Shown in pieces: positions 1-14,075 of a stretch of 64,000 nucleotides of DNA. Within the stretch, counting starts at the first letter, position 1. Each line of letters opens with the position of its first letter. Source of the DNA: the human T2T-CHM13v2.0 reference genome, Homo sapiens. A program made the translations under genes and the position numbers. Below the pieces are notes generated by a model. The model did not search any database, was not told the origin of the DNA, and saw only the letters and a list, made by a program, of their open reading frames with translations. The stretch is taken from the NCBI RefSeq assembly GCF_009914755.1, contig NC_060929.1, one strand, 5' to 3'.

Positions 1-3000
1 AAATTTGTATTCAAAGAATCTGTGCTGTGTTTTAGAAAATTCAACTCTTGGCCAAAATTTTCCATGATTTTGTTATAGAAATAAGAATGAGGCAAGTGGC
101 AAAATGATTGAGTTGAAAGTATAGATTTTGGTAAATAATGGGCAAGCACTGGAAGCAGACATGTTGAATAAGATTTTAGTAATAGCACCAATAAACCAAC
201 AGTATTAGCCGAAAGCAAATACCTGAAATGTTTAGTGTGCATAGAAGACATATGAGGGCAAGTAGGGTCAAATTTAAAAAGGCAAAAAATCCATGTGTAT
301 TAGTCAATTAGATGCCAACTTGATAATATATTTTAGGTTAAAGTAGTGTTAGTAATTTTACAATAATCACATACGATGGGATCTTTGTAGTCTCCAATAT
401 TGTGATTTTAAAAATTTCCTTTGATTGAAGAAATACTTTATTGTCAGATAACTACATGGAGTCGGGATCTTGGGTAGAAAAGTTGCCCATTGTCTTGGCC
501 AAAACATCTGATGCTAACATAGAAGGCAGCAACTTGAAGAAAGTAAAATGACACAAGGGCTGATGGGCTGATTTAAGGCTCTTTTAGAAAGAGAGACTGA
601 GGGCTACCCCGGGGCAAACACTGCATGACTCTGGCAGTAGATCCAGTCTCTCTGCTTCAGACATGGGCCTTAATCAAATTTGTTGTAACTGGGGTTAGCA
701 CAACTCTAGTTTATGTAATTACCCTTAGCAATATCTATCATGGGTATGCCACAGACTAGCCCTGTGACCTTGAACTAATACTTAATCTCACTTGGTCTTT
801 CTCTATGGCACAATCAATACACTTTCTGTTCTTTTTTGGTCTTAACAGGGAATGCCTGTGAACAAATAACATAGTAAATGTGAAGTTGTTTTGAGTTTCT
901 GAGGAAAAACACATTATCTACTAAAAATCATTGCTATTATTAAAGTTAATAATTATTATTAGCAGTACATTGGAAGAAACAATCCTGCCAGTCAGGATTT
1001 GAGTAGCTTTTAGTTAAAAATCAACAGAGTTTAACTTAAACCTTATGATGGTTCTACTGAAGTAGATACAAGGTTTAGGTATAATAAAACAATTTTTTTT
1101 TCTAGGAAGGGCATTGGACCATAGGTTGATTTAGGACCCCAAAAACATTTTCTTAGATTTTTTTAAAAATCGGAATTGGAAGGTGCTCCAGTATCAGACA
1201 AAACCTGCTCTGTTAGATGAGATTTCTTCAATTCAGTGACGGCTGACTGTCTAGTTTTTGATTCTGTTCCTTCCATACATGCACCTTCCTTCTGCACTCC
1301 TCCATACACAACTGTGAAATAATTGTAAAAGCTGCATACTGAACAGTGTCAGCTCAGCAACATACAAACACCTAGTGTTCAATTCTTTCCAATATCCTAT
1401 CAGCATTATTTTTTGTTTCTGTACCCATGATATTGGCATCACAGTAAATACTTATTACAGTCAATGTCTGTTTTTAGTAGAGGTGCATTTTCTTTCGCCT
1501 GTGCTTGCTGAAGTCTGGGGTATATAGGTAAGGTCTGGCTGCTCAAATGAGAGATTGCATGTTCTTTGTGTGGAATTTAGGGCACTTCTATGGTTGGTCA
1601 TTGCGTCTTCTCCATCTAACACTGGTTGCTTGGTAAAACTTGGTGCAGCTGATCTCTAGTCTCCAAATGATGGCTCCCTGGTGTGAAACTTGAGATGTGC
1701 TTTGGTGCCTAGAGGGTATTCTCTCTGCAGCCTCCTAGCTTCAAAAATTCTATCTTCCTCTTACTTCTCACAACCCCTAATGGGTGGTCTCTGTGTGGGT
1801 TGCTGGAGTGACCACCTTCCTCTGCCTGAAATGACTTCTGCAGCCTGATCTAGACCCTTAGAAAACCCCAGAGCCCTACCCTGGAGACTCAGCTTAGAGA
1901 GAAGTTGAGGAGAACAATCTTTTCCCTATTCTCAGTTATTTGCAGGTCCTGGTGCTCAGCAAACAGCCAGCTGTATAATGAGATGACCGAAAGATGTTTA
2001 CCTGCTTTCACAAAGGAAAGCAGGAGGGAAAGGAGAAAATGCCAGTGCTTTACAAATTCTCTCCTTTGATTTATACTTCATGGATGACCCTCTCTTCTCT
2101 AATAGGCTCTTTATATATTTTTTGGTGGTAATATTTTGGTGTCATTGGAAATTCCTAATGACATATAAGGGGCAGAGAGATTCCTTTTCCACTTTATCTC
2201 TCTACATTATCCTTCAGTGGATGTGGATCATTTAGAAATGTGCTTTAAAGAGTGATTTTTTCCATCCTCTTTAGGCAAAACAACACATATATATGTTATG
2301 ATAAATGAAATCTATCCTATTATAAGATGCCAAGGAAAGATGACAGGAGAGAAAAAAATCTAGGCTAATCAAATAGAAACAATGGCTACAAATTTTTGAA
2401 TGCCTATTAGATTTAATATATGTAATATATTATATAAATATTCCATCCCACAACCCAGAAATGAAGTCATTGTTTTGCCTATTTAACTGATGTGGAAACC
2501 AAATCTTTTTGAATCTTTTTAAGCCTATTTGAATTTGAATTTTAATCTTTTTAAGCCTATTTTTTTCCATCTTTTATTTATGTTTTCTGGGTTTAGGACC
2601 CATAGAGTTTACCAGAGAGCTAGGTTGTTAGTATTATTATTGAATATGTTTTGTGAATGATTGTCTATTATTTCCTTAAAAACTAGTGTGACTTTTAGAA
2701 CATAAAGAATATCATCACTGCAACTTACCCGGAAATATGCAAGAGCATAAACGATTTTCCCTGTAATGTAGCAGGCACAGCCTTTGGAATTTGTGAAAAG
2801 AGAAGCAAAATAAGCATCTCAAGTAATTACTTTTATGAAGTGGTGCTCTTCAGTTGCCATCTGCCTAGCAACACCTGCTCAGTTCAAGGGTTAACGCACA
2901 TGAAGCATTTCTTACTCTTTTCAGTCCTTCATTGCTTTGTAACTGACCAATCTCTCCTTTGACTTTACCTTTCCATTCTCATCACTTTATTTCAGCCTTG

Positions 3001-4449
3001 TTTTTGTTTTGTTAAGCTTACTCCTAACACACACATACACAGGTGCTAGATTCAATGGCTCCTCCAGGGCAGATACAGGGTCTCATTTGCATTTTTCTCT
3101 CCAAAGTCAAGCCCAGTTCCTGGCACGAAGTAGACAATCACTGAATATTTATTTGAAGAGAATAATGAGTACTTTAGATTGTGATGTGGTTAATTTCTCC
3201 CAAACTTCACCTTCGTTCAAGTCAAATATTCAGGACAGGTTTCTCTTTGTGATTTATATAATTCCTCATTAAGCTTTGGTGATTGACTTGGCATCTTCCA
3301 AAACCCCAAGTTTCTAAATTCCTTCCTTTACACATTTTCTCCCACCCCCAAACCCTTTCATATAAATCCACATATAATTCATGTGCCCTACACAACCAGC
3401 TGGCAAAGGATCTATGACTATTGTTTTAAACTTTAAAATCCCCTCTGAAAAACCTTGATGTTAATATCAGCATGTTTTAAACGGTTCCATACTTTTACTT
3501 TTCCTGTTCCCATTCCGCTGCAGCTACTTTGAACCCATTAAGACTTGGAAGAAAGTTTTTGGTTGCTTCATGACAGATGGTTTGTGTTGGTTATGTTCAA
3601 CATTTTAAATATAATTTGAGGAAGAGAGAAGTTTAGATTGGACGTAGACATGCCTTTAACTTTATATGCTTACAGGCTACCTTCCAAAGTTCTGAGGTAC
3701 AGTCATTATCCTAGTCTATAGTGTAAAACTATTTGTGTTATCGGTCTCAGAATTCTGAATTTCATGCTGTGAAATATGGGGGTTCCATTTTGTAACACTC
3801 CCTTTCTAGAACCTACTCTTTATTTTCAAAGAGAACAAGGGTTGTAGCGGAAGAAAAGAATGAGGATAATAATGGCTCCATTTTTACAAGCACCCTGTCA
3901 GGTTTTTGTGATGTAACCTCTGTAAATTTAAGTAAAGGCAGGTGAGAAAGACCCAGGGGCTCCAGCCACACAAGGCTGCCCTACATGTACCTACTGTTCT
4001 ATCTAACCCTAACTCTCTCCTAGTCTTTTAAAGGAGAAAAGAAAAGGACATGAATAGTTCCTGTCTGTTGTACTGCAGACTGGATAGAATATATCAAAGA
4101 GGAAATTATACGTCTGGGATTTGGAAAACATTCATTATAGCTGATCATAGAACAAATTGACATGGATTGGTGCAATGTGCTGGCCTTACGGTAGATGTAA
4201 ATATATAGAACAAAGACAAGGACAAGCAGTAGCGTGACCTTGATTTCCAGTCAATTTCTTTAAATATCCTTTTAAGATTTTTACATTTCAGGCTTAAAAA
4301 AAAAAAAGATACTCACTGAGCTCCTTCTTGAAAAAGAAACTATGTTAAAGGTTACATTGTATAAAAAGGTACCTTAAAGGCATTTACAGTTTATTGGGGG
4401 AGGAGGTGTCAAAGAAATGTACCAAATTATAATACAATGTAACATTTAA

Positions 4450-4670
4450 TAACAACCATCCTATATTGAGTAATTGCCCTGTGCTTCAAATGATTATGAT
4501 TACTTTATTAATAGGACCACCTTTGACCTTCATAACCACCCTATTATTATCTGCATTTTACAAATAAGGAAACTGAGGTATGGGGAGGTTAGGCAACTTG
4601 CCCAAGACCACACAGCTAGTGAATAGTGGAGTAAAATTCATACCCAGACAGTTTGGCTGCTGAGCATATA
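4450..4670 (-). mobile_element. MIR SINE
   Basis: Reverse complement of the MIR core: CATTTTACAAATAAGGAAACTGAGG...CTTGCCCAAGACCACACAGCTAGT. Boundaries approximate. Confidence 0.8.
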
Positions 4671-4789
4671 TGCTACACAATCCTGCTTTTTACACAATAA
4701 TAAGAGAAGATGTAAGGTGGTATGTGTTAAATGAATGCACATTCCAGAAATAGAAAAATGATGGATTGGGATAAATCTGTTGCTTAGGG

Positions 4790-5260
4790 GTTTAGACCAC
4801 TCCCTGCTTGCCTTCATATTGTTTATAAAAGCTGCTTTTTTGTTGTTGTTTTAATTTTTATTAGTTGCCAGTACTTAAAAACTGAGAGATTTTTACATTA
4901 ACATCCAGATTTGTGCTTCAATTGACAATTCAGATTTGGATATCCTTTGCCCACATTCTTAGGAGAAAACACTGTCTACAGCTGAGTAGATTCTGTTCAC
5001 TTTAGAATTGGCATAGCTTTTCTGTTTGCCACAGTCCCCACCACTCCCTCTTGTTTCCCACACAAGCATTGAGTGTCAGCTGCCATTTATCATACTGCTT
5101 CCCTAGTTTTTTTCTCTTGTGGTAGCGGTAGGGAGAAAAATGATCTCTTATACTCATGTCTATATCAAGTGTGAGAAAAATGAGAAATATATGTAGATAC
5201 TAGGCATTTACACTTACTCATATTTTCTGCCAGGTTTGTAAACATGAGGTTGTATACAAT
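4790..5260 (+). mobile_element. MER102/Charlie4-type hAT DNA transposon remnant
   Basis: Motifs GAGATTTTTACATTAACATCCAGATTT and GCCACAGTCCCCACCACTCCC resemble the recalled MER102 consensus. Boundaries approximate. Confidence 0.55.
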
Positions 5261-6912
5261 GCAGGCTGTAGCACAAGCACACTTGGACAGGAAACCTCTG
5301 CTGAAAAATTAATTTTCTTGGGTTTCAGAGAGCAGATGGATTTTGTAGGCAGGAAGAGGCAGGGTGAGGTATTTTAGGGAAGGTAGGAAGGTTAAATGGG
5401 AAAAAATCCAACTGCAGTTTTTACAGATAATAGGTTCAGTAGCAAAAGAAGCATTACCAGTTTTCAACAAGAGTAATTTGTGATGGTTTTGGTAACTTCT
5501 GAGGTTGAAATGCAAAGAATGCTCAAACAAGTCTAAGAATATTTTAATGGAAGGACCAATCATGTCTTCTTTTTCTTCTCTGTCCCTTGTCTTCAAGACA
5601 GACACAAAAATGCATACAGATGCACACAGACATACTGAGAAATACACACCAACACACATGAACAGCCACATACACAGTTTTCTTTTTTCTTTGAATTGTT
5701 TAATGGATTTAGGGGACAGGGTGAGATGTAAGATTGATACAATTACAACCGTAACTGAATTGCCAGACCATAATTATATCAGAAGATTTGGGTAATAGCA
5801 TTAGAGAGCTTATTTTCCTTCAAGTAGACACTTATGGATCCACTGGGTCACAGATGCAATAAGGATTAACGGATGGGCCAGTGATGGCTTAAAGATAGAA
5901 TGGACAGATGACCACATCCATGTGATTGCCAGCCATTTAATGGTTTGGCTTTCCAAATCCCAGGCAAGGCCTTCTGTTGTCCTTTTATCTCTACTAGCCT
6001 TGAGTGCAGCCTCCTCTAACCCTTTCTCCGGATGGAAAAAGTAATGCATTAAAAATGTAGTTTTAAATAGGTTATTAAGTTGGTATCTTTCAGAATAATA
6101 GAGAACTGTTTCAGAACTGTGCTTGAATGCATTTGACCACATCATCTTCATATCCAATGAGCCTCACTGAGTACCAGTTTGCTACACTTCACTGTGCTAA
6201 AGGTAGTTCTCAATGCAGTAGTCCATTCCAATTTATCTTATTCCAGGAAAATGAGTATTTTCTAAACCCCAGAGGCACAACTTCCTTTCTTATATATTCA
6301 GTCTTGAAAACATCACATTTAAACAAAAAACAAACCTTTAAGTACCCTCCTGATTCTTCCATATGCCTATATTTAAAAGATTACATATCCGAGTAAAATA
6401 ATTCATGGTAACTGTGCAAATTCTTAAGTTGTAGCCTGGCTAAGTGACTTCTGTTCAACATAAAATATTTCTTAATAAACTGCTTGAGGCAAAATAGAAA
6501 TTTCACAGGTGTTAAGTCTGTTTTCCTCTCTTCTGATATAACTGTTGATTTCAAACATGTAGATTTGGGATCCATGCACAATGAAATTACTGTCCTGCAG
6601 GTGCATAGTAACAAATAAACATAAAAGATGGAAAGTATATGCAAGGGATATGTGAAACCAAGTGTTAACCAGCCTTTAGAACTGAGAAAAGACTCCCTAG
6701 TATTTGGTGCAGTAGAAAGGATCTAGATATTTTGGGGTTTTATCCCGCAGCTGCTAATTTTAGTCCGTGAGGTACTCTCTCCTCTCCTTTCCTCTCTCTC
6801 TCCCTCCATCCCACCTTCCTTTCTTCCTTTAGTCTACCCTGTCCTTCCTTTGTAAATTGAGTGCCTACTGTGTGCCAGTTACTATACAAGCTGCTGCGAA
6901 TATGAACACCCT

Positions 6913-7293
6913 TACATTGGTTTGTTAGGGCTGCTATCATAAAATACCACAGAATGGGGCTTCAACAGAAATTTATTTCTCACAATACTGGAGGCTAGAA
7001 GTTAAGATCTAGATGTCAGCAGATTTAGTTGCTCCTGAGGCCTCTCTCCTTCACCTGCAGGTGACTGCGTTCTCCATGTGTGCTCACATGGCCTTTCCTT
7101 TGTACACAGACATCCCTGGTATCTCTTATGAGGACACCAGTCATATTGGATTAGGGCCTACCCTTATGACCTTATATAAGCTTAATTACCACTTTAAAGG
7201 TTCTATCTCTCAGTAGTCACATTATAAGCTATTGGGAGTTAGAACTTCAACATATTTTTTTCAGGGATGGGGGACACAATTCAGTCCATAATA
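6913..7293 (-). mobile_element. MLT1B-like MaLR solo LTR
   Basis: AGGGCTGCTATCATAAAATACCACAGA...CTGGAGGCTAGAAG...GGGGACACAATTCAGTCCATAATA is the reverse complement of the MLT1B layout; about 380 bp. Confidence 0.8.
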
Positions 7294-8439
7294 CACACTA
7301 AGATAAGGCACCTGTCTGAGAGGCTTATGATGTAATCAGGAGGAGGACAGAGAAGTAAACAAAAGTATGAATCACTTTATCAAAAAATGTCACTTTACCT
7401 CTCAATTTCTCAGCATTTTTTGTTTGTTTGCTTTTGCTTTTGTTTCCCTTACAAATGGGAGATTGGGTGAATAATATATAGGCTTCCTTACAGCTTTGAT
7501 AGTCTATGATTCCATGTCTGTGTCTGAAGTTAGGCCTAAAACACAAAGTGAAATAAATACAGAGAATGGGAGGGGAGCCTGCCTGGGCAGCAGGGAGAGC
7601 AGCAACAGGAAGGTAACTGTTGTCTCCCCAAGGGGCGCACCGCTTGACCTCGATTAATGTTCTTCAATTTTCTAAGAATGCTTTTCAGTCCATCATGTGT
7701 TTTAGGGGGTTGGTGATTTTTATCAACCAATCACCTACGAACTGTACATTCTGTAAGAATGAACCAAAATTTAACAGATTCTCCAAAAATACCCACCCCT
7801 AAACAAAACACCTCTTCTTGGAATTGGGCAGACATCATGTTGTCTGAATTTAGGAACTGTTTCCTTGAAAGAATTCCAAAAATATGTACCACCACATCGA
7901 CGACATAACCCCTGGCCCACATAATATTAAAGGAATACAAAGAAAACCCTTAGTGTTGCATATTCAGTAACAGATATATAGGGCTTATTTTCATAAATTG
8001 GGATTCTTCTTTCTGAAAGTGAAATTCCCTTTTTTCTTTTACCTTTTATCCAGTGTGAAGTAATTTAAAAATCCATTAACACATATTGCCATGTTAATTG
8101 GATGATATTCTTCAAGGTCAAGAAACTATCAATAGATATTGAATAGTGTCTATAAATAAACTCATCACAGTAATTAGATTTGTCAATTAAAATTGGGAAC
8201 AGCTAACTCTTTATGACTGGATTAAAGGTGGATCACTTTGGAAAAATAATTTTGCTCAAACATAATAGATGAAGATTAGATGATGATCTCAAATACAAGT
8301 TTGATCCCATGAATGAAATAAGCTTCTGTTTTTTATATCAACAGATTAAGAAAATCCTGGAAATATGGATACTAATGAATTTTCTCTAAAAATGCAAAAA
8401 AAATTAAAACAAAGTAAAACTCTAATGTAATATGTATCG

Positions 8440-8660
8440 AAGAGTAATAAGATCTAATACTTGTTAAAAACTTGGTCTATACTGGGCTGTATACTAAAAC
8501 TTGAAGTGCATTATCTATTTTATTTCTTGTAAAAATTGCGTGAGGTATATAATTATCTTCTCTTTGCAGGTGAAACTTTTCCAAGGTCGCTCTTACTAAT
8601 AAGTGCTGGAGCTAGATTAAAATTTAGGTCCATCTGACTCCAAGCCTGATGCTCTCTGCA
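8440..8660 (-). mobile_element. MIR SINE (degraded)
   Basis: CCAAGGTCGCTC...AGTGCTGGAGCTAGATT...CTGACTCCAAGCC MIR-like motifs. Confidence 0.6.
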
Positions 8661-9059
8661 CCTTTCCACATGTGCATGACTAGATAAATATTTTAATTAG
8701 TATTACTTTGTTCATTATTCTCTCCGTGTGATAAGGATTCTGGTGAAGAAAAATGGAACCCTTGTTTCAGTTTTTGTAAATTTGGAAAAGCTATTCTGAA
8801 AACCTGACAACATATTTATTGTATATTTCTCCATTTTTAACTTGGAAATTGTACAATATGTAGATGTGTGTGGACACTGTTTGTACTCGTTTTTGTTGGT
8901 GACACAGAGCTATATATTCTTCCACATGTTTGTGTTCTCTCTTTTTAAGGGGTCCAAATTGCGAAGCAATTTTAACATCACTGGTCAGGAAATGCCAGGT
9001 GTTTGTTGCATGGAAGCGAGGTGTGATGATCAACTCTTGAAGGTGCCAATCTGATAGAT

Positions 9060-10200
9060 TCACTCAGCAAATAATTATTAAGTGCCTATCATATGCCAAG
9101 GCCTGGTCTAGGTGCTAGCCACATAGCAGCAGAATCAAAAGACAAAAATCTCTGAACTTAAAGGGGTTATATTCTGGGAGTAGAAAGACAAAATCAGAAC
9201 ATGGTCTCAGATCTGTCTGACTTCAAAGTGCACACTTTACCATTAAACTGTTCTGCCTTCTCATATCAGCTGAGTCACTTTTTTTTTTTTTTAACACAAC
9301 AAAAAACTGCTCTTGGTGGTGGTTGTAGGGGTTGAGGGGGGCATAGAAGGTATGGTTGATAGCTGGAGTGTAACACTAAGGTTTGCCTTAGTTTATGGAA
9401 GTGTCATACCACCTGCTGACACGACATCTGAGAACATGATACACTAGGGAGGGCTCCACACTTTTTGATTGTTGCAGGAAAATGCTTGGAGTATGTGGTA
9501 TGCCAAATCTCCAAAGGAACTAGCCCCAGAAACTTCTGTCATGAGTGAACCGTTACTGTAAAGAGTAGCTATCAATACTGAAAACCAACTTGAATGCCAC
9601 CTTTTAATTTAGTCAAATGAATATTTTTATTGAACAATCACTATGTCTTAGGCTCCAAACAATAGATATAAAAGATGAAAAAGAATCTTATCCTCAAATA
9701 GTCAAAGTTTAGTGGGAGAAATCACTATAAAATAATTGTAACTCTACTGATAAATACTAGTAGATGTATATATATATATGTATTATATATACACACATAC
9801 ATATATATATGTTAATGTACATTACCATGTTAGTATGCACATATATAAACCACTATATAATAAACATAGAGTGAGGATTCCTTATATCTGGGGAGGTCAA
9901 GGGAATATTCATAGAGAGAGGTGATATTTGGGCTAAATGATAAAGGATTACTTGTAGTTTTTCAGGAAAAGAATGAGGGTGGGTGGGTGAGGGCTTTCCA
10001 GTAAATTAAATGCAAAGCAAAGATTTGGCGACATGACACAATGGGACATCTATAACAAATATTAAATATTTTGACATTGATCGAATATTGACTATAAGGG
10101 TAACTGAAAATAAGACTGAAGAGAATACAATGTGTGCTGTGCTGGATCTGAGGGTAAGGAGTGTGAACTTGGCTTTTAATCTGATGGTGAGGAATGTGAA
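9060..10200 (-). mobile_element. L2 LINE fragments (discontinuous)
   Basis: CAGCAAATAATTATTAAGTGCCTATCATATGCCAAGG (L2 3' end, reverse orientation) and GAGAGGTGATATTTGGGCT-type L2 segments. Confidence 0.55.
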
Positions 10201-10370
10201 CTTCTTTCCATGCTCCTCTAATTGAGAAACAGATACTTCAGGGAATATGTGGTTGTCGCTAAGTGGTACAGAGGTCAATATATAAACCCAGCACCTCTCT
10301 GTAATACCAACTTTTTCTTGATTACCTTGAAGAAAAAAAGAACACCTGATTTAAAAATAATAACCATGGA

Positions 10371-10680
10371 GCCGGAAGTGGTGGCTCACACCTGTAATCC
10401 CAGCACTTTGGGAGGCCGAGGTGGGAGGATCACAAAGTCAGGAGTTCAAGACCAGCCTGACCAAGATGGTGAAACCCCGACTCTACTAAAAATACAAAAA
10501 TTAGCCTGGCGTGGTGGCAGGTGCCTGTAATCCCAGCTACTCAGGAAGCTGAGGCAGAGAATTGCTTGAACCCGGGAGATGGAGGTTGCAGTGAGCCGAT
10601 ATCGTGCCACCGCACTCCAGCCCGGGTGACACAGCGAGACTCCGTTTCAACAAAACAAACAACAACAACAAAAAAAACAC
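10371..10680 (+). mobile_element. AluS, full length
   Basis: Dimeric Alu with A-rich/CAA tail; TSD TAACCATGGA at 10361-10370 and 10681-10690. Confidence 0.97.
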
Positions 10681-10719
10681 TAACCATGGATAAATTATGA
10701 ACAAGAATGCAAAATCCAT

Positions 10720-11918
10720 ATGCACTTTTAACTTTCACATCTATTTATTGAAGTGCAATGTACAGAGAGAAAAAAATCAGTGTAGAGATGGTGAATTTAT
10801 GCTGATGGCAACCAATACTCCATCAAGAAATAGAATATTAACAACACCCCTGAAAACCCCCAGTGTACCTTTCCAGTCTTTCTCTACCTCCTTTCACCAA
10901 GAGGAAGCCCTGTCTTGACTTCTAACAGGAGAGGTTAGTTTTGCCTGTTTCTGAACTTTACAGATATGAGTATTCTTTTGTGGCTGGCTTCTGTCACACA
11001 ACATGTGTGGGAGATTTAACAATACTTTTGTGTATGATTGTAAACTGTTCATTGTCATGGCTACGTAATGTTCATTGTGTGAATATACCACATTTTGTTT
11101 ATTCCTTCTGCTCTTGCTTAGCATTTCGGTAGTTTGCAGTTTTTGACTATTGCAAATAGATGTGATATGACATAAAACTCTGTCTTTTCATGAACATATG
11201 TCTAAGATCAAAGTTGCTGTAGGTTTGCATATGTTTACCTTTAAAAGATATAATTTTCCAAAGTGGTTGTGTGATTTCCACATACACTAGCAGTGTACAG
11301 TATTAGAAGTTTGGTTGCTCTACATTGTTGACAAAATTTTCCATCTTTTTGATTTTAGTCATTCTGATTACGATTTTAATTCGCATTTGCCTGGGGAATA
11401 ATTTTCATAATGTTTGTGTATTAGTCTGTTTTCACACGCTATAAATAACTTCCCTGAGACTGGGTAATTTATAAAGGAAAAGAAGTTTCGTTGACTCACA
11501 GTTCTGCATGGCTGGGGAGGCCTCAGAAAACTTACAATCATGGCAGAAGGAGAAGCAGGCAACTTCTTCACAAGGCGGCAGGAGAGAGAGCAGAGCAGGG
11601 GAAATCACCACTTATAAAACCATCGGACCTTGTGAGAACCCACTCACTATCATGAGAGCAGCATGGGGGAACTGCCTCCATGATCCAATCAACTCCCACC
11701 TGGTCCCTCCCTTGACATGTAGGGATTACAATTTGAGCTGAGATTTGGGTGGGGACACAGCCAAACCATATCATTTTTGTTATTTAGATATCCTCTTTGG
11801 TTATGTTTATTCATCTTGGGTCCATCTTTTTATTGGGTTTTTTTACTTTTGTTTTTTCTTATTGATTTGTAGTAATTTGTTATATATTCTAGATACTAGT
11901 TCTTTGCCAAATACCTAT
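10720..11918 (-). mobile_element. Old L1M 3'-end fragment, interrupted by a THE1 LTR
   Basis: GTTTTGCCTGTTTCTGAACTTTA, GAATATACCACATTTTG, TTTTCCAAAGTGGTTG and GTAATTTGTTATATATTCTAGATACTAG are typical reversed L1MB-ME 3' sequence. Confidence 0.75.
11417..11773 (-). mobile_element. THE1 (C/D-like) MaLR solo LTR
   Basis: TGTATTAGTCTGTTTTCAC...GAGACTGGGTAATTTATAAAG...GATTTGGGTGGGGACACAGCCAAACCATATCA; 357 bp. Confidence 0.92.
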
Positions 11919-11924
11919 ATTGCC

Positions 11925-12988
11925 TATCGGGGGAACCTGCCCCCGATAATTCAGTGTACGTTCTTTTCTATTTCCCTAAGTGTCGACCGGTCTGAGAAAT
12001 AAAGGGAAAGAGTACAAAAGAGAGAAATTTTAAAGCTGGGTGTGTGGGGGAGACATCACATGTCGGCAGTTTCCGTGATGCCCCTCAAGCCCCAAAACCA
12101 GCAAGTTTTTATTAGTGATTTTCAAAGGGGAGGGAGTGTACAAATAAGGTATGGGTCACAGAGATCACATGCTTCACAAGGCAATAAAATATCACAAGGC
12201 AAATTGGGGCAGAGCACCGGGGCAAAATTAAAATTGCCAATGAAGTTTCAGGCACACAATGTCATTGATAACATCTTATCAGGAGACAGGGTTTGAGAGC
12301 AGACAACCAGTCTGACTAAAATTTACTAGGCAGGAATTTCCTCGTCCTAATAGGCCTGGGAGTGCTACGGGAGACCAGGGCTTATTTCATCCCTTATCTG
12401 CAACCGTATAAGACAGACATTCCCAGAGCGGCCATTTCAGAGGCCTCCCCCGGGAACTCATTCTCTTTTTCAGGGCTGTTCCTTGCTGAGAAAAAGAATT
12501 CAGCGCTATTTCTCCAATTCACTTTTGTAAGAAGAGAAATATAGCTCTGTTCTGCCTGGCTCTCAGGCAATTAGACCTAATGGTTACCTCCCTTGTTCCC
12601 TGAACATCGCTGTTATCCTGTTCTTTTTTCAGGGTGTCCAGATTTCATATTGTTCAAACACACATGCTTTACAAACAATTTGTGCAGTTAACGCAATCAC
12701 CATAGGGTCCTGAGGTGGCATACATCCTCAGCTTACGAAGATGATGGGATTAAGAGATTAAAGTAAAGACAGGCGTAGGAAGTCACAAGAGTATTGATTG
12801 GGGAAGTGATAAATGTCCATGAAATCTTCACAACTTATATTCAGGGATTGCAGTAAAGACAGGCATAAGAAATTATAAAAGTATTAACTTGGGGAACTAA
12901 TAAATGTCCATGAAATCTTCACAATTTATGTTCTTCTGCCATGGCTTCAGCCGGTCCCTCTGTTCGGGGTCCCTGACTTCCTGCAACA
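11925..12988 (-). mobile_element. MER11 (HERV-K11/HML-8) solo LTR, MER11C-sized
   Basis: Minus strand starts TGTTGCAGGAAGTCAGGGACCCCGAAC and ends CCCCCGATA; 1064 bp; perfect 6-bp TSD ATTGCC at 11919-11924 and 12989-12994; internal ~91-bp tandem repeat. Confidence 0.93.
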
Positions 12989-13619
12989 ATTGCCAATTTC
13001 TTCTTGCAGACCATGTTGATGTATACATGTTTTTAGCTAATATTTATACTTGAATAAAATTTTGTTCACTTTGATCACTTTGGGTTATGCCCAAGTCAAA
13101 AGATGAAATCTCACACATATGTTTGTCCACTATCACTTAAATATCCAGGTTCCACATTCCCCAACCCTGTCCTGGCCTGGAATTCCCTATCCTGATGTTA
13201 TAAGCAGGAAGATTTGAGAAGCAAGGAACAAGCCTACATCCATAGTATTTGCTAACATATTCCATGGGCTCAGGAATATTATAGAATTTAGGACATAGTG
13301 TTATATTTAATAGATATAAGGAGACTAAATTTGTATCTGTAAGAGTCGAGTTGTATGTATAAGTGAAATAAATGCCATATTGTAGGAGAGTTAGGTAGTT
13401 CTTATTAACAGGAAAAAGTGGTTTTTAGAAAAATGTGCCCTTTTTATCACTAGGTTCAAGTTATGTTTTTAATTCTGTAGTGACAACATAAATACTGTTA
13501 TGCTGAGCCTCCCCTTGATGGTCATGTAATGCTTTGGTACACACCTTCTGATTGTATACACTTTCTTTCTGTTATACTTTCTCACTCTTCTTTATCTTAC
13601 AGAATGCTGCTATTAATAA

Positions 13620-14075
13620 CAGTTCAAACTCTGGGGGGCTGATTGGTATCATGAAACAAGAAGTTCAGGGGCAAGGATTCCAGAGCTGCTTGGGCAGCTC
13701 AAGGAGGTCATCAGGGACCGAGTTTCTTTCCATCTTCCCGCTCTGGTATCTTTAATGTGTAGGTTTTTGTCCTCATGCTTATTGGATCAGAGTCACAGGA
13801 TGGCTGCTGAACCTGTACAAAAGAATCCTGTATGTTTTCCAGGCAGGGAAATGCAAGAGAGAAAAGCCTTTTTCTTAGTAGGCTTTGCGTTTATATTGAA
13901 AATCTCTAGGGACTTCTGCCTACTCCTTATGACCCGAACTCTGACATCTGGCCACAACCAGCTTCAAAGGAAGCTGGAAATTGGGATGTTTTTGTTTCTA
14001 ACTGCTACAGTAGGGAGGGCAAAGACCAAAAGGGCTGTGAAAGGGTTTTGGGGATATAGGCCACAGTGCCTTTAC
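13620..14075 (-). mobile_element. Old MLT1 (J/K/L-like) LTR
   Basis: CAGCTCAAGGAGGTCATCAGGGACC, GGATGGCTGCTG and GGCCACAACCAGCTTCAAAGGAAGCTGGAAA motifs. Boundaries approximate. Confidence 0.55.

Noticed and set aside
2512-2562. AATCTTTTTAAGCCTATTT x2
   Set aside because: Ordinary local duplication in low-complexity sequence.
12762-12935. About 91-bp tandem repeat
   Set aside because: Intrinsic part of the MER11 LTR consensus as I recall it, not a novel array.
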